DNA of 64,000 nucleotides, taken from contig CM097888.1 in assembly GCA_044892525.1 (NCBI GenBank), forward strand, positions 72,106,001 to 72,170,000, read 5' to 3'. Shown piece after piece: positions 1 to 20,705 of the stretch. Under the pieces are notes generated by a model, which made no database searches, was not told where the DNA came from, and worked only from the letters and a program-made list of their open reading frames with translations. How positions within the stretch are numbered: the first letter of the stretch is position 1; the number at the start of each line of letters is the position of its first letter. The DNA is from Schmidtea polychroa (Eukaryota). The position numbers and the translations under genes were made by a program.

Positions 1-1653
1 TCTTCTGGCACTCCTAATTGAAATAGGCTTTAATGACATGTTCCCCAACGCTAGCATCTTTATGGGGTCTTTCCTTTTTATCCGATAAGCGTTAGTGTAT
101 TAAAACAAATTCAAGTTCATTTTTAATAAAATTATTTTTCGGTTTAATTTTTATCATTTCTCATGGTGATTTTTTAATATTTAAACAATATTAAATTCGA
201 TCCCGGGATTGGAATGACATGAGAAATAACTGAATCCCGGGATTGTAAACCCTAATTGCAACAAATATAATTTAAAATGAAGCAATTATTAATTTCTTTG
301 AGTAATGATTTTCGGAATATATAAAGGAATTATCAAATGAAGAATGAAGAAATTCCATATCTCTTATGTCGTAAAAATTGTGTACTATTGTAATTTGCGA
401 ATGAAAAAAAATATTAAGGAAATGTTATGGTTTCCAGATGTTCAATTTTATACCATACAACCTGATATCTATACTCTGCCTGAACATGCAATGTATATAT
501 CAAGACATCATTTTATGGATGTTTTAAAATTTGTAATTATTGTCCGATATTTCTGTAGCTATCAGCTGATAAGGACGAACAATATTTATCTAGCCGGAAA
601 TAATAAGGAATCATATGCTATAAATAAAATGTAAAATATTTCTTTGCAATATTGCCAGTCATTCAATTTGTCATATATTTCTGAAATGTTACTCGTGTTT
701 TATCTGAAATGATAATTATAATAATTCACTGAATTTATCAATTTCTATTAAAGCTGAAAATTAAAATTAAAATTAAATTTGTGTAAAGAATTCAGTTTCA
801 AAAGTGTCCTATTGAACTAGATTATTTATAATTGTAAGATAACTGTAAATAATACCTGTTTGAAATAATATTATCGCATGTTAAATTTGTATAACTGAAT
901 ATTACGTAATGTATGCCTGAATGTCAAAGGTGCGATATTGTATTATCTATGGATTTATGTATACTGCTCAAGATACTTACAATATAATTACTTCCCCCGG
1001 AGGGATAATCAGCTTTTAGTAATAATCAGTCTTGTCTCCAAAGTATTTTAACAATAATACTTTAAATAAATCTATTTCATGTGAAAGACAAATTATTTCA
1101 TCCGTGAAAGGAAATATTAAAGGTCGTTTCTTTGCTACTTCTGGATCAGCAATGCAAATAAAATTTTGGGCGCGTCACCGTCTTTATCTAGAATTAATTG
1201 GTCAATAATTCCTTGCTTCAATAACTGATATTTTTAAATTTGGCCTTCTATTACTAAAAATGCGCTTTTCTCTACCATATCTAATATGTGAAAATAAACT
1301 TCATTAAATCTTTACCTTCACTTTTGATCTGTTTTCATTTGAATGTTCGTTTATTTTCATTTCTTTCAAGCTGTCGATTCATGTTGTGTTTTCTATTCAA
1401 AACGAATTTTTCGCACTGCCTTTTTCAAAACTCTTGAAAAGACTGCCGAAAATGCGTACTGAATAGAAAATAAAACATTGATCTATAATTTGAACAAAAT
1501 AGTCGAAAACAAACTTCATATAACTCTTAAAAAAGCCAAGCTTGTTGATATTTTGTTTTTATGTATTTAACTTTTTCTAAATGAGTGGAACCAGTGTTTC
1601 TGCAAGTTTGATTAATCCGACTTATAAATTTGAGGTAAATTTTTTAAATTTAA

Positions 1654-1850
1654 CCCTTATATCTGCAACAATTTATTGAAGCACGTATAACTCAGTATAC
1701 ATGCAATAAAGGAACTCTAATATATAGTGTTGCATAAGTGTAACAAAACGCCGAGCCATTGTGTTTTTAAATTATTTTAATGTTTCTGTACATATGATAT
1801 TGACATTTTAAAAGTCATTTTTGAATTTGGAAAAATCAGGCATTTGAGGG
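1654..1850. mobile_element. Possible piggyBac-type MITE
   Basis: TTAA|CCCT...AGGG|TTAA ends (TTAA at 1650-1653 and 1851-1854). Inverted-repeat identity beyond 4-5 bp is weak. Confidence 0.35.
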
Positions 1851-2632
1851 TTAAGTGATTTTTAAATTTTTATCAAAATTCCTTCTTCTAGGCAATTAGT
1901 AATTTCCTTTTACGGCCAAATGTTTTATTTATAATATTATATAAAATGACTTATTTAGGAAAATATGCATTTTTAGTGACATACTGGGAAAATTTAACTA
2001 CTATGATTAAAGTTTTCCAAAACCCCTTTTAACTCTTTGTCTGTTTATATTTTATTTTGCTTTTTGTAGTTAAAATAAAATTATGTGAAGAAAAAGAAAT
2101 TTTGAATTAAAATTTATAAATATCACTATTTAATTAATAGTTTCCAAAACATGGGTTTATGAATCGCCGATATTTTTATACAGGTCTTTGTTACTGTAAA
2201 ATATTTCCCATAATCTGGGCAAAAACTATTATGAATAAAAACCCAACATTCTTAAAAGATAAATCGTCTTACTTATGTAGGTCAAGTTGTTTCAAGAATT
2301 AAGGTTTCCGAGTGTAAGGTTTTCTAGACAATGGTTATTTATCTTCACAGTTCGCTATGTAGTATAAATAATACTTGCATTTCCTAAGGTTTATTTAAAA
2401 TTAATCAATAACACTTGATAAAAGCAAAGCCGAAAATTTATGTTTATAAAAAAATATTTGATCTTTTGTCAAAATGAAAGTAAATGAAATATCAGAAAAC
2501 AAATCAAAGGTAACCAAAAATATAAAGAATTTCACAAATAGTTTTGCGTGTTTTTATTGTTTGGCTATTTTCTATTGGAATTCAAATTATCTTCATGGAT
2601 ATTAAAATTTATTAATTGACTAAGTTGATTAG

Positions 2633-10007
<7,375 letters not shown>

Positions 10008-11840
10008 GTANNNNNNNNNNNNNNNNNNNNNNNNNNNNNNNNNNNNNNNNNNNNNNNNNNNNNNNNNNNNNNNNNNNNNNNNNNNNNNNNNNNNNNNNNN
10101 NNNNNNNNNNNNNNNNNNNNNNNNNNNNNNNNNNNNNNNNNNNNNNNNNNNNNNNNNNNNNNNNNNNNNNNNNNNNNNNNNNNNNNNNNNNNNNNNNNNN
10201 NNNNNNNNNNNNTAAAGATTTTATTAATAGAAATCGCCATTCGTACATCTTTTTCACTATATATTTCGATAGCATTACTATCATCATCAGGTAACCTACA
10301 TTCACGACTATATCATATTGATAATATATAAACAAATTATAAAATCTATAAATTTTAAATTATAAATAAAAATTTTAAACAATTACTTTTTTTTAAAAAT
10401 AATTTCCAATAATCAATTATATTTAAACTTTTAAAATTATTAAAAATATTATTTTAATTATTTTTTTAATTATTTAACATAACTATTATTCAATATACAT
10501 CGACATACAAAACCTTAATTAAAAGCATTCAGCACACACGCATTCACTGCATTCTGCACATTGATTTTAGGATTAAAAGTTCTTATCAATAATGCTTCAC
10601 ATATCACACGCTCAAAACAATTATCAAAATTTTTTGATAAGATTTTAAAATCAGACATTCCTAATTCTCTCATACAGACTTTATTGTGATCCTTAATATT
10701 GGACACTCCCTTCAGTCGACAGTGTTCTTGAACTCGAGTACAGAGATGACGGGCAGTCTCTCCAATGTATGTGGCATTACACCCATTACATGTGAATTGA
10801 TAAACGAGATCCGAACACAATCCAACCGGCGTTTGAGATTTACTAACAAATATACTACGTGCTTTGCACGATTTTGAAACAATTCTTTAATTCAATGTAC
10901 CCAACTGTTAACCAATCTTTCTTGTGAAATCTTTATATTCTTCAGAATACGGCAATACCATCGTATATTTTGGCTCATCTTGTTTGTTAGTATCAATATT
11001 CATATTCACTACATCATTCGACATATCAGTCAATTTACATTCATTCATATTAGGATCCTTAGCATTATTCATACATTTATCAACAGTCTCTTTCAACGTT
11101 AACAATAAAAACCGTTTTGAATAGCCATTCTTCACCAGTAATTCAACTAATTTATCTACACTTTTTAATGAATTTTTAAAAGTGGAAGATAAGCACCGTG
11201 ATCGATAAACCAATCCTTTCACCATGTTTCTTTTATATTTAAATTCACAAAAACTCTCTGTGGTAGTATAGAGGCCGGTATCTGTTGGTTTACTGTAAAT
11301 TCCTGTCTCATATTGTTCATCTTTACGTTTAATTAACAAGTTAAGAAATGCTATGGATGAATCCTTCTCAGTTTCACATGTGAATTTAATGTTGTTATGC
11401 AATCCATTCATGTAATACAAAAAAAGGTTTCACATGTTCCTTATTTTTAAATATCAGAAAAATATCATCAACATACATTTTATACACAATTGGTTTTTCA
11501 AATTGAAATGAAGCAATTTTTTTTCTAAACATGCCAAAAATATTGACGCAAGTGTTGGTGCTAAGTGCGAACCCATAGCCACTCCATCAATTTGTTCATA
11601 ACATTCATTATTAAAAAGAAAATTAACTTTGGAAGTTGCAAACTCTAAAAGCTTCTTAAATGCATTTTCATCACGCATATTATGCGCATTAATATTTTCA
11701 TTCCATAATTCACAACATGAATCGATTGTTTCTTTCAACGGGACATTAGTAAATAAACTACATACATCAAACGAAACCATATACTCATTAACATTATTTT
11801 TATTCAATAGTCCCATACATGATGTAAATTCGAAACTATC

Positions 11841-12702
11841 TGTTTAATCATCCACGTTTCGAGACACTGAACAGGGTATCTATGCTGACATGGCAACTCG
11901 TACCCTTCATAGGCCACCTCATAATCTGGAACCTATATCATTAGCTGCGGTGATTTTCTTGACTTGAAATTTCTCAATATCTGCATCATTTGTTGGTGGA
12001 GGACCACTCTGTTCAACTTGATTCATAATACTCGTTACAAAATTGTCGAAACTTTGATCTGAAAATATGTAATCTGACGAATCTGATCTAAAATCTAGAG
12101 GTAGTAATCCACCAAATAAATTTGATATTAGTTGGCCAAAAACACTATTTCTGTTATCAGGATCTCTTGGAGTAATAAAAAAGGAACCATCAGTTTCGTT
12201 TGTAGTACTTCCATTTTCCATTGAGTTATCACGAATAATATGAAAAACATTCAAGGCATCATCATCATTTTCCATTGAGTTATCACGAATAATATGAAAA
12301 ACATTCAAGGCATCATCATCATTTTCCATTGAGTTATCAGATTCAATTCTTTCAATAAATCCATCATTGCACGTCACACATTTACCATCCTGAGATGTGA
12401 ACGTCCCTGTTGCATTTAAGATCATAGTAATTATCTTTATTAATTGAAGCCATTAAAGAAAGTTCACGAAAATCCGAATATCAATTTTATTAACCAATCC
12501 CAAATTCAAAATTCACAACCACTCTTTAAAATTTACACAAAATCAAATCCACAAAAAATTCCAGAAATTCGAAAAACCTAAATCCATACGAATTCACAAA
12601 ACCGAATAATAAATCCACAATTGTCCACGTCTGTGTGCACACACAAATCAATCCAAAAAAAAATAAAAAGCGCACACAGACGCGAGAACCGATAATTAAC
12701 CA
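11841..12702. mobile_element. Solo-LTR-like insertion (TG...CA, 5-bp TSD) inside the Penelope RT
   Basis: Begins TGTTTAAT, ends ATTAACCA, flanked by CTATC (11836-11840 and 12703-12707). Removing it restores the RT frame ...FECKDS-FEFTSC. An equally valid parse is a 6-bp TSD ACTATC. Confidence 0.65.
11919..12453 (-). pseudogene. RNF126/RNF115-like E3 ligase 5' fragment (zinc ribbon, no RING), intronless, frameshifted
   Basis: ATG at 12453 gives MASINKDNYYDLKCNRDVHI, then a one-base shift into QDGKCVTCNDGFIERIE and FVTSIMNQVEQSGPPPT..DIEK, matching the C..C.GFIE zinc ribbon and the NQ.E..GPPP pre-RING segment. It stops before the RING. Confidence 0.65.
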
Positions 12703-13629
12703 CTATCCTTACATTCAAACTCAGATTTTATTAAGGGTTTTAATAATCCATCCAAATACTTCGCTATTTTATACTGAGCTGTTCCGACCATAGATAAAAT
12801 AGGTCTCATGGGAACTCCGTCTTTATGCACTTTTGAAAGTCCGTATAATTTAGCTGGTTGTGAACCTTTTGCATGAATTAATTTTGCTACCTCTTCATCA
12901 ATATGATTATTCTTAACCAAATCACACAACATAGTATTCAAAATCACTTCATCCTTTAGAGGTGGCAATCACCCTTTTTTTCGAAACTTATCGATTTTTG
13001 AAAGTTGAGAACCTGAGAATACTTCATTTAATTTATTCACATAAACATCGTGGTCCAAAATCACAAATCCATTTCCTTTATCAAATTTACAAACATTGGC
13101 TAAGTTCTTCAGTACCAAAAAAATCCTTAATATTCTGTTTTTTATTTTTATCAACATACTCAATCGTACTTGCACTCAGCATACTTTTTACCGTAAGTAG
13201 ATCAATATCCTTCTTTGACTTACATATATTATAATAAACACATTCAATTTAGAAACACCAAATAATTTCCTCAAGTTCAATAATTTCTTAACATGCGAAT
13301 CACTTTTAGATTTTAACAATGAAATAGAATTTTTAATACACCATTCAATACAAACTTGCAAACAAAATTCATTAGTTATGTTAAGCAACAACAATCCATT
13401 TGAACATAGTTTTTCATCTAAGGACTTTCTCCGTATCTTTTCTGTTTCCTACATTCTTCTAAGTGTTTGATGTATTAATTGGATATCTTTATTTGAAAGA
13501 CAATCACTAAGCTTCATTTTAAAAATGAAGGAAGGAATTATCCTTTCCTCGACACAAGTTTCAAGAAAACAAATATCCAATTCCTTTCTTCTAAGCGCAC
13601 AATATGCCTTCATGAGTCTTTTGAATATT

Positions 13630-13900
13630 GGAACAGCCAAAGTATGATTGCTGCTAGATATCGAGTCTTCAATGCAAATTCAGCATCGGAGCCATACGAA
13701 ATCTGAAGTCAGGACTCTTGAATTCGTCTCCAAATATTTTGACTTAGATGGAAGAAACATCCGTGTATCTCGATGTCTAGGAATGTTTCTTTAAATCATG
13801 TTATGGCTACTTGTTCAAAGTCTACGGTGATGCTTGCGGGTTTTAAGGGTTTATCCAGATTCATATCCTGCAAAAACAGAAACATGGCAACATAAGATTC
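13630..13900 (-). mobile_element. MULE transposase remnant
   Basis: Minus strand reads GCFFHLSQNIWRRIQ...AEFALKTRYLAA, the Mutator-like GC.FH..Q motif region. Confidence 0.6.
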
Positions 13901-14253
13901 CCTTGATTTATTATTTAAAAGAGCGTAGATACACAGAGTTTACTAGTAGATCATAAAATTCACTTGAAAAAGGCAGTGCCGAAAATTCGTGGATATCAAA
14001 AACATCGATATATTTCCTTATTTATAGTCTTCAAGCTCTTTTTAATAAATATAATTTTTATTTATTACTATGAACATTTTTTTTAATTTATAATCGTAAA
14101 ACACTTCGAAATGTAAGTACTTAACGTGACAAAAAGTAAGTAATTACATACTTAAAAATGTTCATAACAATAACAATGAAGAATATTACGTATACCAATT
14201 AAAACATTCTCCGCATTCTCATCATTCGTACTTATTACATAAGTACAATCCAT

Positions 14254-14580
14254 TTATTTTAAATATGTTTCTAATTTGGTTTGAACGATATCCTGTTTTC
14301 TCTCTCTGCATATTTCTTCATAGCAGGTGAGATTATCTTGAATCCAGCAGTTCACATTTAAAAATCTTTCATTGTCTGGCTTCGTTAATCTAAGTTTTTC
14401 TATTCCTTGATTAATCAAATGAAAGGCAGCCACCATTTCTTTCAACACGAATTTGTTTTCATCAATTTCCTTTTCACCAATTATTTGAGTTTCAAGATCT
14501 AATAATTTTGCTTTGGTAAGATCTTCCAAATAATTTTCGATAAGTTGGCAAATATTTTCAAATATATTCATTATCAATAT
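14254..14580 (-). mobile_element. Tigger/pogo transposase C-terminal remnant
   Basis: PDNERFLNV...CYEEICRERK..VQTKLETYLK resembles the TIGD1/Tigger C-terminus. Confidence 0.6.
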
Positions 14581-14973
14581 CGAGGTTTAATCGTTTACTG
14601 AGTTGTACAATTAGATAAGTAACATCTTCTACACATTCATATATTTCTGTATATGGAAAGAGAAACAGAGTTATTTCAATATTCTGTACATGCATAAAGA
14701 AAGTTGTAATTTCTCCAAAATTCTTCTGTTGTTTCAATTATATACTAAATCCATCACGCTTTTACCACTATCATATCGTTTTATCATTTCGAGTTTCATT
14801 TCTAAGTCAATCACTTTTCTCTTTTCAGTACGATTCCCTTTATCAGTTATTATTGGCACAAATAATGAATATTCTTATAAATAAAAATCCGAGCATTAAC
14901 GCATGGGATTGATAAAACAATAACCAATAGATAGTTGAAAATACAACCAATATATAATATAACCAATCCTTAA

Positions 14974-15173
14974 CCCTTAATTGCATGATTTTTTTATTTA
15001 TTTTGAATAAAATAAAATAACGTTTAAAAAATCTTTACTTTATGAACTAAATCCCTTAAACAGCTTTGTAGCTCACAAGCAACACTATGACAGGGTTAGT
15101 TCTTATTTATTTTAGGCAATCTAACCGCGAAATTCTGGTATGTTGCAAATTTGCTACACAATGCAATTAAGGG
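14974..15173. mobile_element. piggyBac-type MITE
   Basis: 12-bp perfect TIR CCCTTAATTGCA with TTAA on both sides. Confidence 0.75.
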
Positions 15174-17949
15174 TTAATCAACACATTAAATCATAACTAG
15201 TGCGTCATAATTGTTTCCGTAAAAGTCCCTCAACTTATGACCCAAAAAATAATATATTTTTAATAACTACTTAATAAATCACAAGCTGTTGTTACCTACT
15301 GCCATTGTAATGATGTACAAGTTGTAGAAATACGTTTGATTCATCCCCATTCTCAAGTAATTAGTTGCTGAATGTCAACTCTAAGGGATTTTTTAAGTCA
15401 GTTGCCTTTTTACACATTTTTATATGCACAATCATATTACTCACGCCTTTCAAACGTCTATTTTTCTGAACCCATGTGAAAAGATGACAGGAAGTTTCTC
15501 CAATGTATATATGCATCAATTGCATGAAATTCTATAAATTTGATAACACAGCAAACCTATTTGGGGTTCGAGATTTATTCCTAAACATATTTTATGATTT
15601 TAAAGATTTTGAAACTATTTTTAATAATTTGGAATTGCCTTAGAATTTCATGACAAAAAGCCTAATATTTTTAAAACCTTCTGAATATTTCATTTCCGGA
15701 AACAATCTTTAATAGTTTTAGAGGTGATGATGGGGTTTAATGAAGGGATTTAGGATCGGGTTCAAGGTTTTTATCTCATGGATGATTATATACTAACCAC
15801 GACATTTCTTAAAATTTACTTTCAGTTTAAACTAATCGGAACTCTCTAGCACGTAAAGTTCACTCTTAGGTTACACGCAAATTATCGTAAACAATTTGGA
15901 ATATAAAATTTTCTAAGGTTGCTTTGAGTTGCGTTGACCAGTAGGATACTTTTGTAATGCATTCAAAGTTTGTTTTTCCACTTCCGACATTTCCAGATTC
16001 TTTTCCTTTTCTGCCATTTTCTCAATTGGTTCATTTGTATCGTCGGCCTTTGGTCACGTGTAGGAGATTTGAACCCTTTTACCCCACTTGGTTACTCCTC
16101 TATTATTTCTAGTAATATATGCTTATTATTACTGCCGCTTGTAGTGTTCTTGATGCCCTAATATCGAAGTACATTGGAGACTATTTTAAATAGATAAAAT
16201 ATAAATTCGCGGATTCGTCAGTCATAACTCGTTTGTTATGTAAATAAACCTGATAAGTTTATTCACCTATCGAATCAAGAAAAGACTATCTATCAAAATC
16301 TGGCGGATGTAATTTATGGTTGAATGAAAATGTTACGATTTCCCTCGAATTTGCCATAATTTTTTAAAATTCACATTTGATAGTTCTTACATTTTTAAAG
16401 GATATTCAAAAAATAATTGAGAGTCTTTCAGACCACGTACTGGTAAAAAGGATGCGGCTCAAGAATTCCCAACATCTCGTGGTCTTGTAACCAAGCAGTT
16501 AAAGTGATTTTCAAGGTTTTGTGAATAAATTGGACTCTGTTTATTTGAAAATAGAAATTTATCTCAATTATTGATGAAATACTGATTTATAATAGTAAAA
16601 ATTTCTAAATTTTTCTCTTATTGATAACCAATAATTTTTGGAATTTTCAAATATTATTTAAGATTTATATATTCAAATGTGTATTTGATTTGTATTGATG
16701 TTATTGTCCCTTGTTATGACACGCTGGTGACTCGATGTTAAACGTTTCGAACTTTTGGTACTTCTGTGTTATCTTACTACCAAAAATTAAATTAAAAAAG
16801 AACACACATAATTATTAAATTTATTTTCTAAATCACAGTTACAAACTCAGCAAATGATTGTAAAGAGTTTGTAAATGGTCATCCAGGTGGCCAGAAAACC
16901 ACAATGTCGTTGAGAATAGTGTCGAACACATCGGCACTGTTACTTAGAACACGTTTGCGCCACATAAACTCACATAATCACATAAATCACAGATAGCCTT
17001 AATAAATTCATTTTCAATAATGTTCAATAACGTCATCAATTCTCTCATTTTTTATATTGTTATTTTAATTGTATTTTATAATTTAATTTTGGGGGGTAAG
17101 ATAACACGGAAGTACAGAACTTTTCACTGAGTTAATTAAAGTAAAATTTATTTAAATAAGATAACATGGGTTTCAGATTAGTCAAAAAAAAGATTTATTG
17201 CCAATTGGATTGTTGAGTAATATAATTACAGAATTAGTATATCAAATCAAATACAGTTTTCAATTAATGCCATGAATAATATTTTTGTGTTGAAATAAGT
17301 TTAGAATTAATTGAAATGTATAGAATTGAATAAACAAATAAATATATGTTTCAAAATTGTAGTCAAATAATTTAAGTGGTGTTTTGGAATGAGAAAAATA
17401 GTACTTGTTGAAGTTGTGAAAGGTAGGAGAGAGAATTTTTAGAAATCAATTATTAATCACGGGCCGAGAATTCTATGAGCAATAGTGAAAATTTGATTAT
17501 TAGTCATAAAATTCATAAATTGAAATAGTAATAATAAAATCAAAGCGAATTAGTGGCTAAAAGGCCAAATATTTTTACATGAAGTGTGTGAGAAAAGAAT
17601 TAGATGGTTAATTATGTGAAAGGAAAGGTTAGTGAAGAAGTTTGAAGCAAACTATCTTTTCTAGTAAATAAAATTTTGAAATAATGATTTCCTTAGATAT
17701 ATATATTTAATGTATCACATCATTATGTAACCATAATCATTTTCAATATTGGCTTGATTATTTCATGAAAGAGAATTTTGAATGGAAAAAATTTTACCAG
17801 GTGTATTCTAGTGGTTTAGAAAAGGCTAATATGAGTTTTGTCCGATTACATAGTTTTAAACAAAAGTATTAATTAGCCAGTTTCATTGATAGTATGTCCT
17901 TTTTTTATTGGTAACTGAAATTATTAACATTTTTTAATACATATAACAA

Positions 17950-18330
17950 GAGAGATCAAAATATATAACTTAACGACGTACATTCTGCAAACATGCACTG
18001 ATTTACAAGAATACAGCGCTGGAGTTACGCTTTTGAAGACCAACATTGCTTCGAATATCTCCAGAAAGTCGATTTTGCTCATTTTATATTTTCAATACAA
18101 TAGTCTTCTACAAGCCTTTATCCAATGAAATTTTTTATGCTTTTGTACTATAATTTTACCACTCTTGGTTTGAGGTTTTGTTTCGCAATCTTTAAATTCA
18201 AAATGATATTTTAGTCATTATGATATCAGCTCAGCCCATTGGTTTCTTAATATAATCAATGAGAGAATAAAAACCGAAATATATTGTTGTCATTGAGGTT
18301 ACAAGACAATGTGAATGCAAATATTCTCAT
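17950..18330 (-). mobile_element. Degenerate hAT transposase remnant
   Basis: Minus strand SGDIRSNVGLQKRNSSAVF resembles the ZMYM1-type SG...GLQ..I...NP.A.F segment. Heavily decayed. Confidence 0.35.
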
Positions 18331-19449
18331 TTTGCCAGTTACACTTTAACATATAAAACTTTTTTTAACAAAACGGAAATTTTACAATTTATATTTTTTA
18401 GTGCTATTTCTTTGATGGCTTAGATTTTTTTCATTCAATAAAAGTTTAAGATTGAATTTTTGGGATTGTTAAATTTAAAATGATGTAATTAAAAATGGAA
18501 TATTGGGAAATTCAAAAGATCAACAAATTACCAAATTAAAATTTGAAAAATGCGTCAGATGCAAATGAGATGATGGGAACCATCATGACGAGAACAGATT
18601 CACCAGAATATGTATGGAAAAGGTCGAAATTCAAGAAAAAGTACAAAAACAGAAAATCGTTAATAAATTAATTAAGGAAACCCCGAGTAAGTAAACAGAA
18701 AAAAAGTAAACAAAGCAGGTTCTGGAAAATCATTAATATAACAGCATCAATAATGAGAAAACGGAGAAAAGATTACTGCACGGCGGAACTTTTTCTTTCG
18801 AAGGAGAAAAGATAAAAAAGATAGTGTGTCAAAGCTTGTCAAAAGGAGACAATCTAGTTGAAATACCATTAATCAAGGCAATTATTTCAACAATATAAGG
18901 CAGCTCATATTCTGGAACAATCGGCATTTTGCTTCAGGTAAGGAAGAAAAAGTGACATTGGCTAAAAAGGATAAACTAAAGATAGAACTGGAAGATAGAC
19001 TGAAAAAGGAAATCGAGGAATCAAGTTAAGTAAACGGAGTGAATAAAAGAGGTGATTATTGTTGCAGAACGTGTAGAACCCGAGCGTTTACAGCGAGACT
19101 TATTGAATAGTCAGAATAGCCATTTTATTGCGATATTAGGAGTTTTGTAAATTGTAGTTTATAGGAATTTGATTACAAATATACGCTGAGTGTTGTTTAG
19201 CTATTTGTTTTTACAGATCACGTGGAATCAGAAATACCGACGTTAATATTTATTTAATATAAAACTCAACAAATATTAATAAACATTATTTTGTTTCTTA
19301 TTGTTTTGGTGTTTGAGATTGACTAGGGTAGATTAAGTTAAATTTTGCAAAAACTTGTGTATCATTTTAATTTATAAAATTTTAATATTCAGATATATAT
19401 TATTCATAAAAATTTCAGTTTGTTCTTGTTGCAGTAGGTCTTGTCAAAC

Positions 19450-20075
19450 TTTGGTCGCCCGCTCACAGCACTGGTTGCTTCGGGTAATGTTGATTAGGGA
19501 TTCATTTGTTTTCCAGTAGTTTTGCAAGCATTTGAGACCTTTTGGTTAGTCATTCAGAGCTTCTGATAGTTCATCAAAATCTTCAGCGTGGAACAATTGA
19601 CTATTGATTCATTCTTGAGGTCCACTGCCTGACATTGAAAGCTCTCACTGTATTTGCCATCAAAGTGTATGTTTCACTTCTCCACATGAAGCATGCTCAC
19701 CAAGTGCTTTTTCACCTGATGATCAATTGTGTAAATAGCCTTGTAGATTGCTGAATGACATGGGGTTGGTATTTCAATGCCTTCACCAGGAACGTGGCGG
19801 CACACCTGTACTGTTCCGTGGGATGACAGCTTTGAGCTTGTAACAAGGTATCTTGCAATGCATATTGGGTTATGCTTCCTTGTGCTCGTTGATGTTGTAT
19901 TCTCATTATCCCAAGAACTGTCTTTGCTTGACGTGGTTTTTCTATGGCATGCAACTCCTTCACTCAAAGATGCTTCATAAATTGCCACATTGACTAAGTT
20001 TTTTGTCAAGATTTCCTTGTTCTTCTCCATGTTAGAATAGCTCTTCTTGAACGACATGTTGTATTTTACTCCACA
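19450..20075 (-). mobile_element. Decayed DDE-like transposase remnant, family unresolved
   Basis: IPTPCHSAIYKA followed by HFDGK, interrupted by stops and shifts. Confidence 0.35.
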
Positions 20076-20663
20076 ACTGAAATAAAAAAGGACTAAACGT
20101 AAATATAAAATACGTAACATATTATAAAACTATTATTGAGTATTCATATTAGGAATCATCATATTTGGATTTGAAGTAAAACAGTATTTGTTTATAGACA
20201 TTATTTTTTGACTTTGCACAGAGTAGCATTATCTATTATTTACAATTTTATCTAATTCTTAAACGTACAGGGCTTATATCAGGAGTTCACAAAGTGCGGC
20301 CCTCGAACTGTTAAAATGCGGCTCGCGAACATTTTAAACTTGTAATGGTGTAAAATATTTTCTTTCGGATGTCTAACATTAATATAATATAAACATTACA
20401 AGCTTTGTGATACTTTTGTGATGGATAAAAGTTTAAAATGCTAAAGGTTTACGGATGCACTTGTAAACAGTTTCTGTGTATGACGGTGTCTCCAGAGGCG
20501 AATATGATTTTTCATACGCCATGTTTACAAGTTTGCAAATATTTTTCTCTGATTTAGCTAATTTGCAAGTGATGTGATTTCCAGTGTAGCAGGGAACGTA
20601 TGCAATAGAGTTGAATCAGCAATATTGTATACTTACCTGGTGCGAAATCTTCGCGTTTCCTGC

Positions 20664-20705
20664 ATAGTACTGATGAGAGTCAAAAGCTCGAAACTAGTCT
20701 ACTAT
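20664..20705 (+). ncRNA. Minimal type I hammerhead ribozyme (Penelope-type)
   Basis: Stem I ATAGTA/TACTAT, core CTGATGA, stem II GAGT-CAAAA-GCTC, GAAA, short palindromic stem III CTAG, cleavage triplet GTC (cut after 20699). Confidence 0.8.

Larger units (their letters stand above)
10493..13630 (-). mobile_element. Penelope-like retroelement (RT plus C-terminal GIY-YIG), frameshifted and interrupted
   Basis: Fragments AKLYGLSKVHKDGVPMRPI, SFDVCSLFTNVP, YEQIDGVAMGSHLAPTLA, thumb KPTDTGLY, GIY-YIG LVYQFTCNGCNATYIGETARHLCTRVQEH and EALLIRTFNPKIN. Several frameshifts; insertion at 11841-12702. Confidence 0.9.

Noticed and set aside
11846-11920. Hammerhead-like CCTATGAAGG...CGAAACG on the minus strand
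   Set aside because: The CUGANGA core is broken and stem II does not close next to GAAA.
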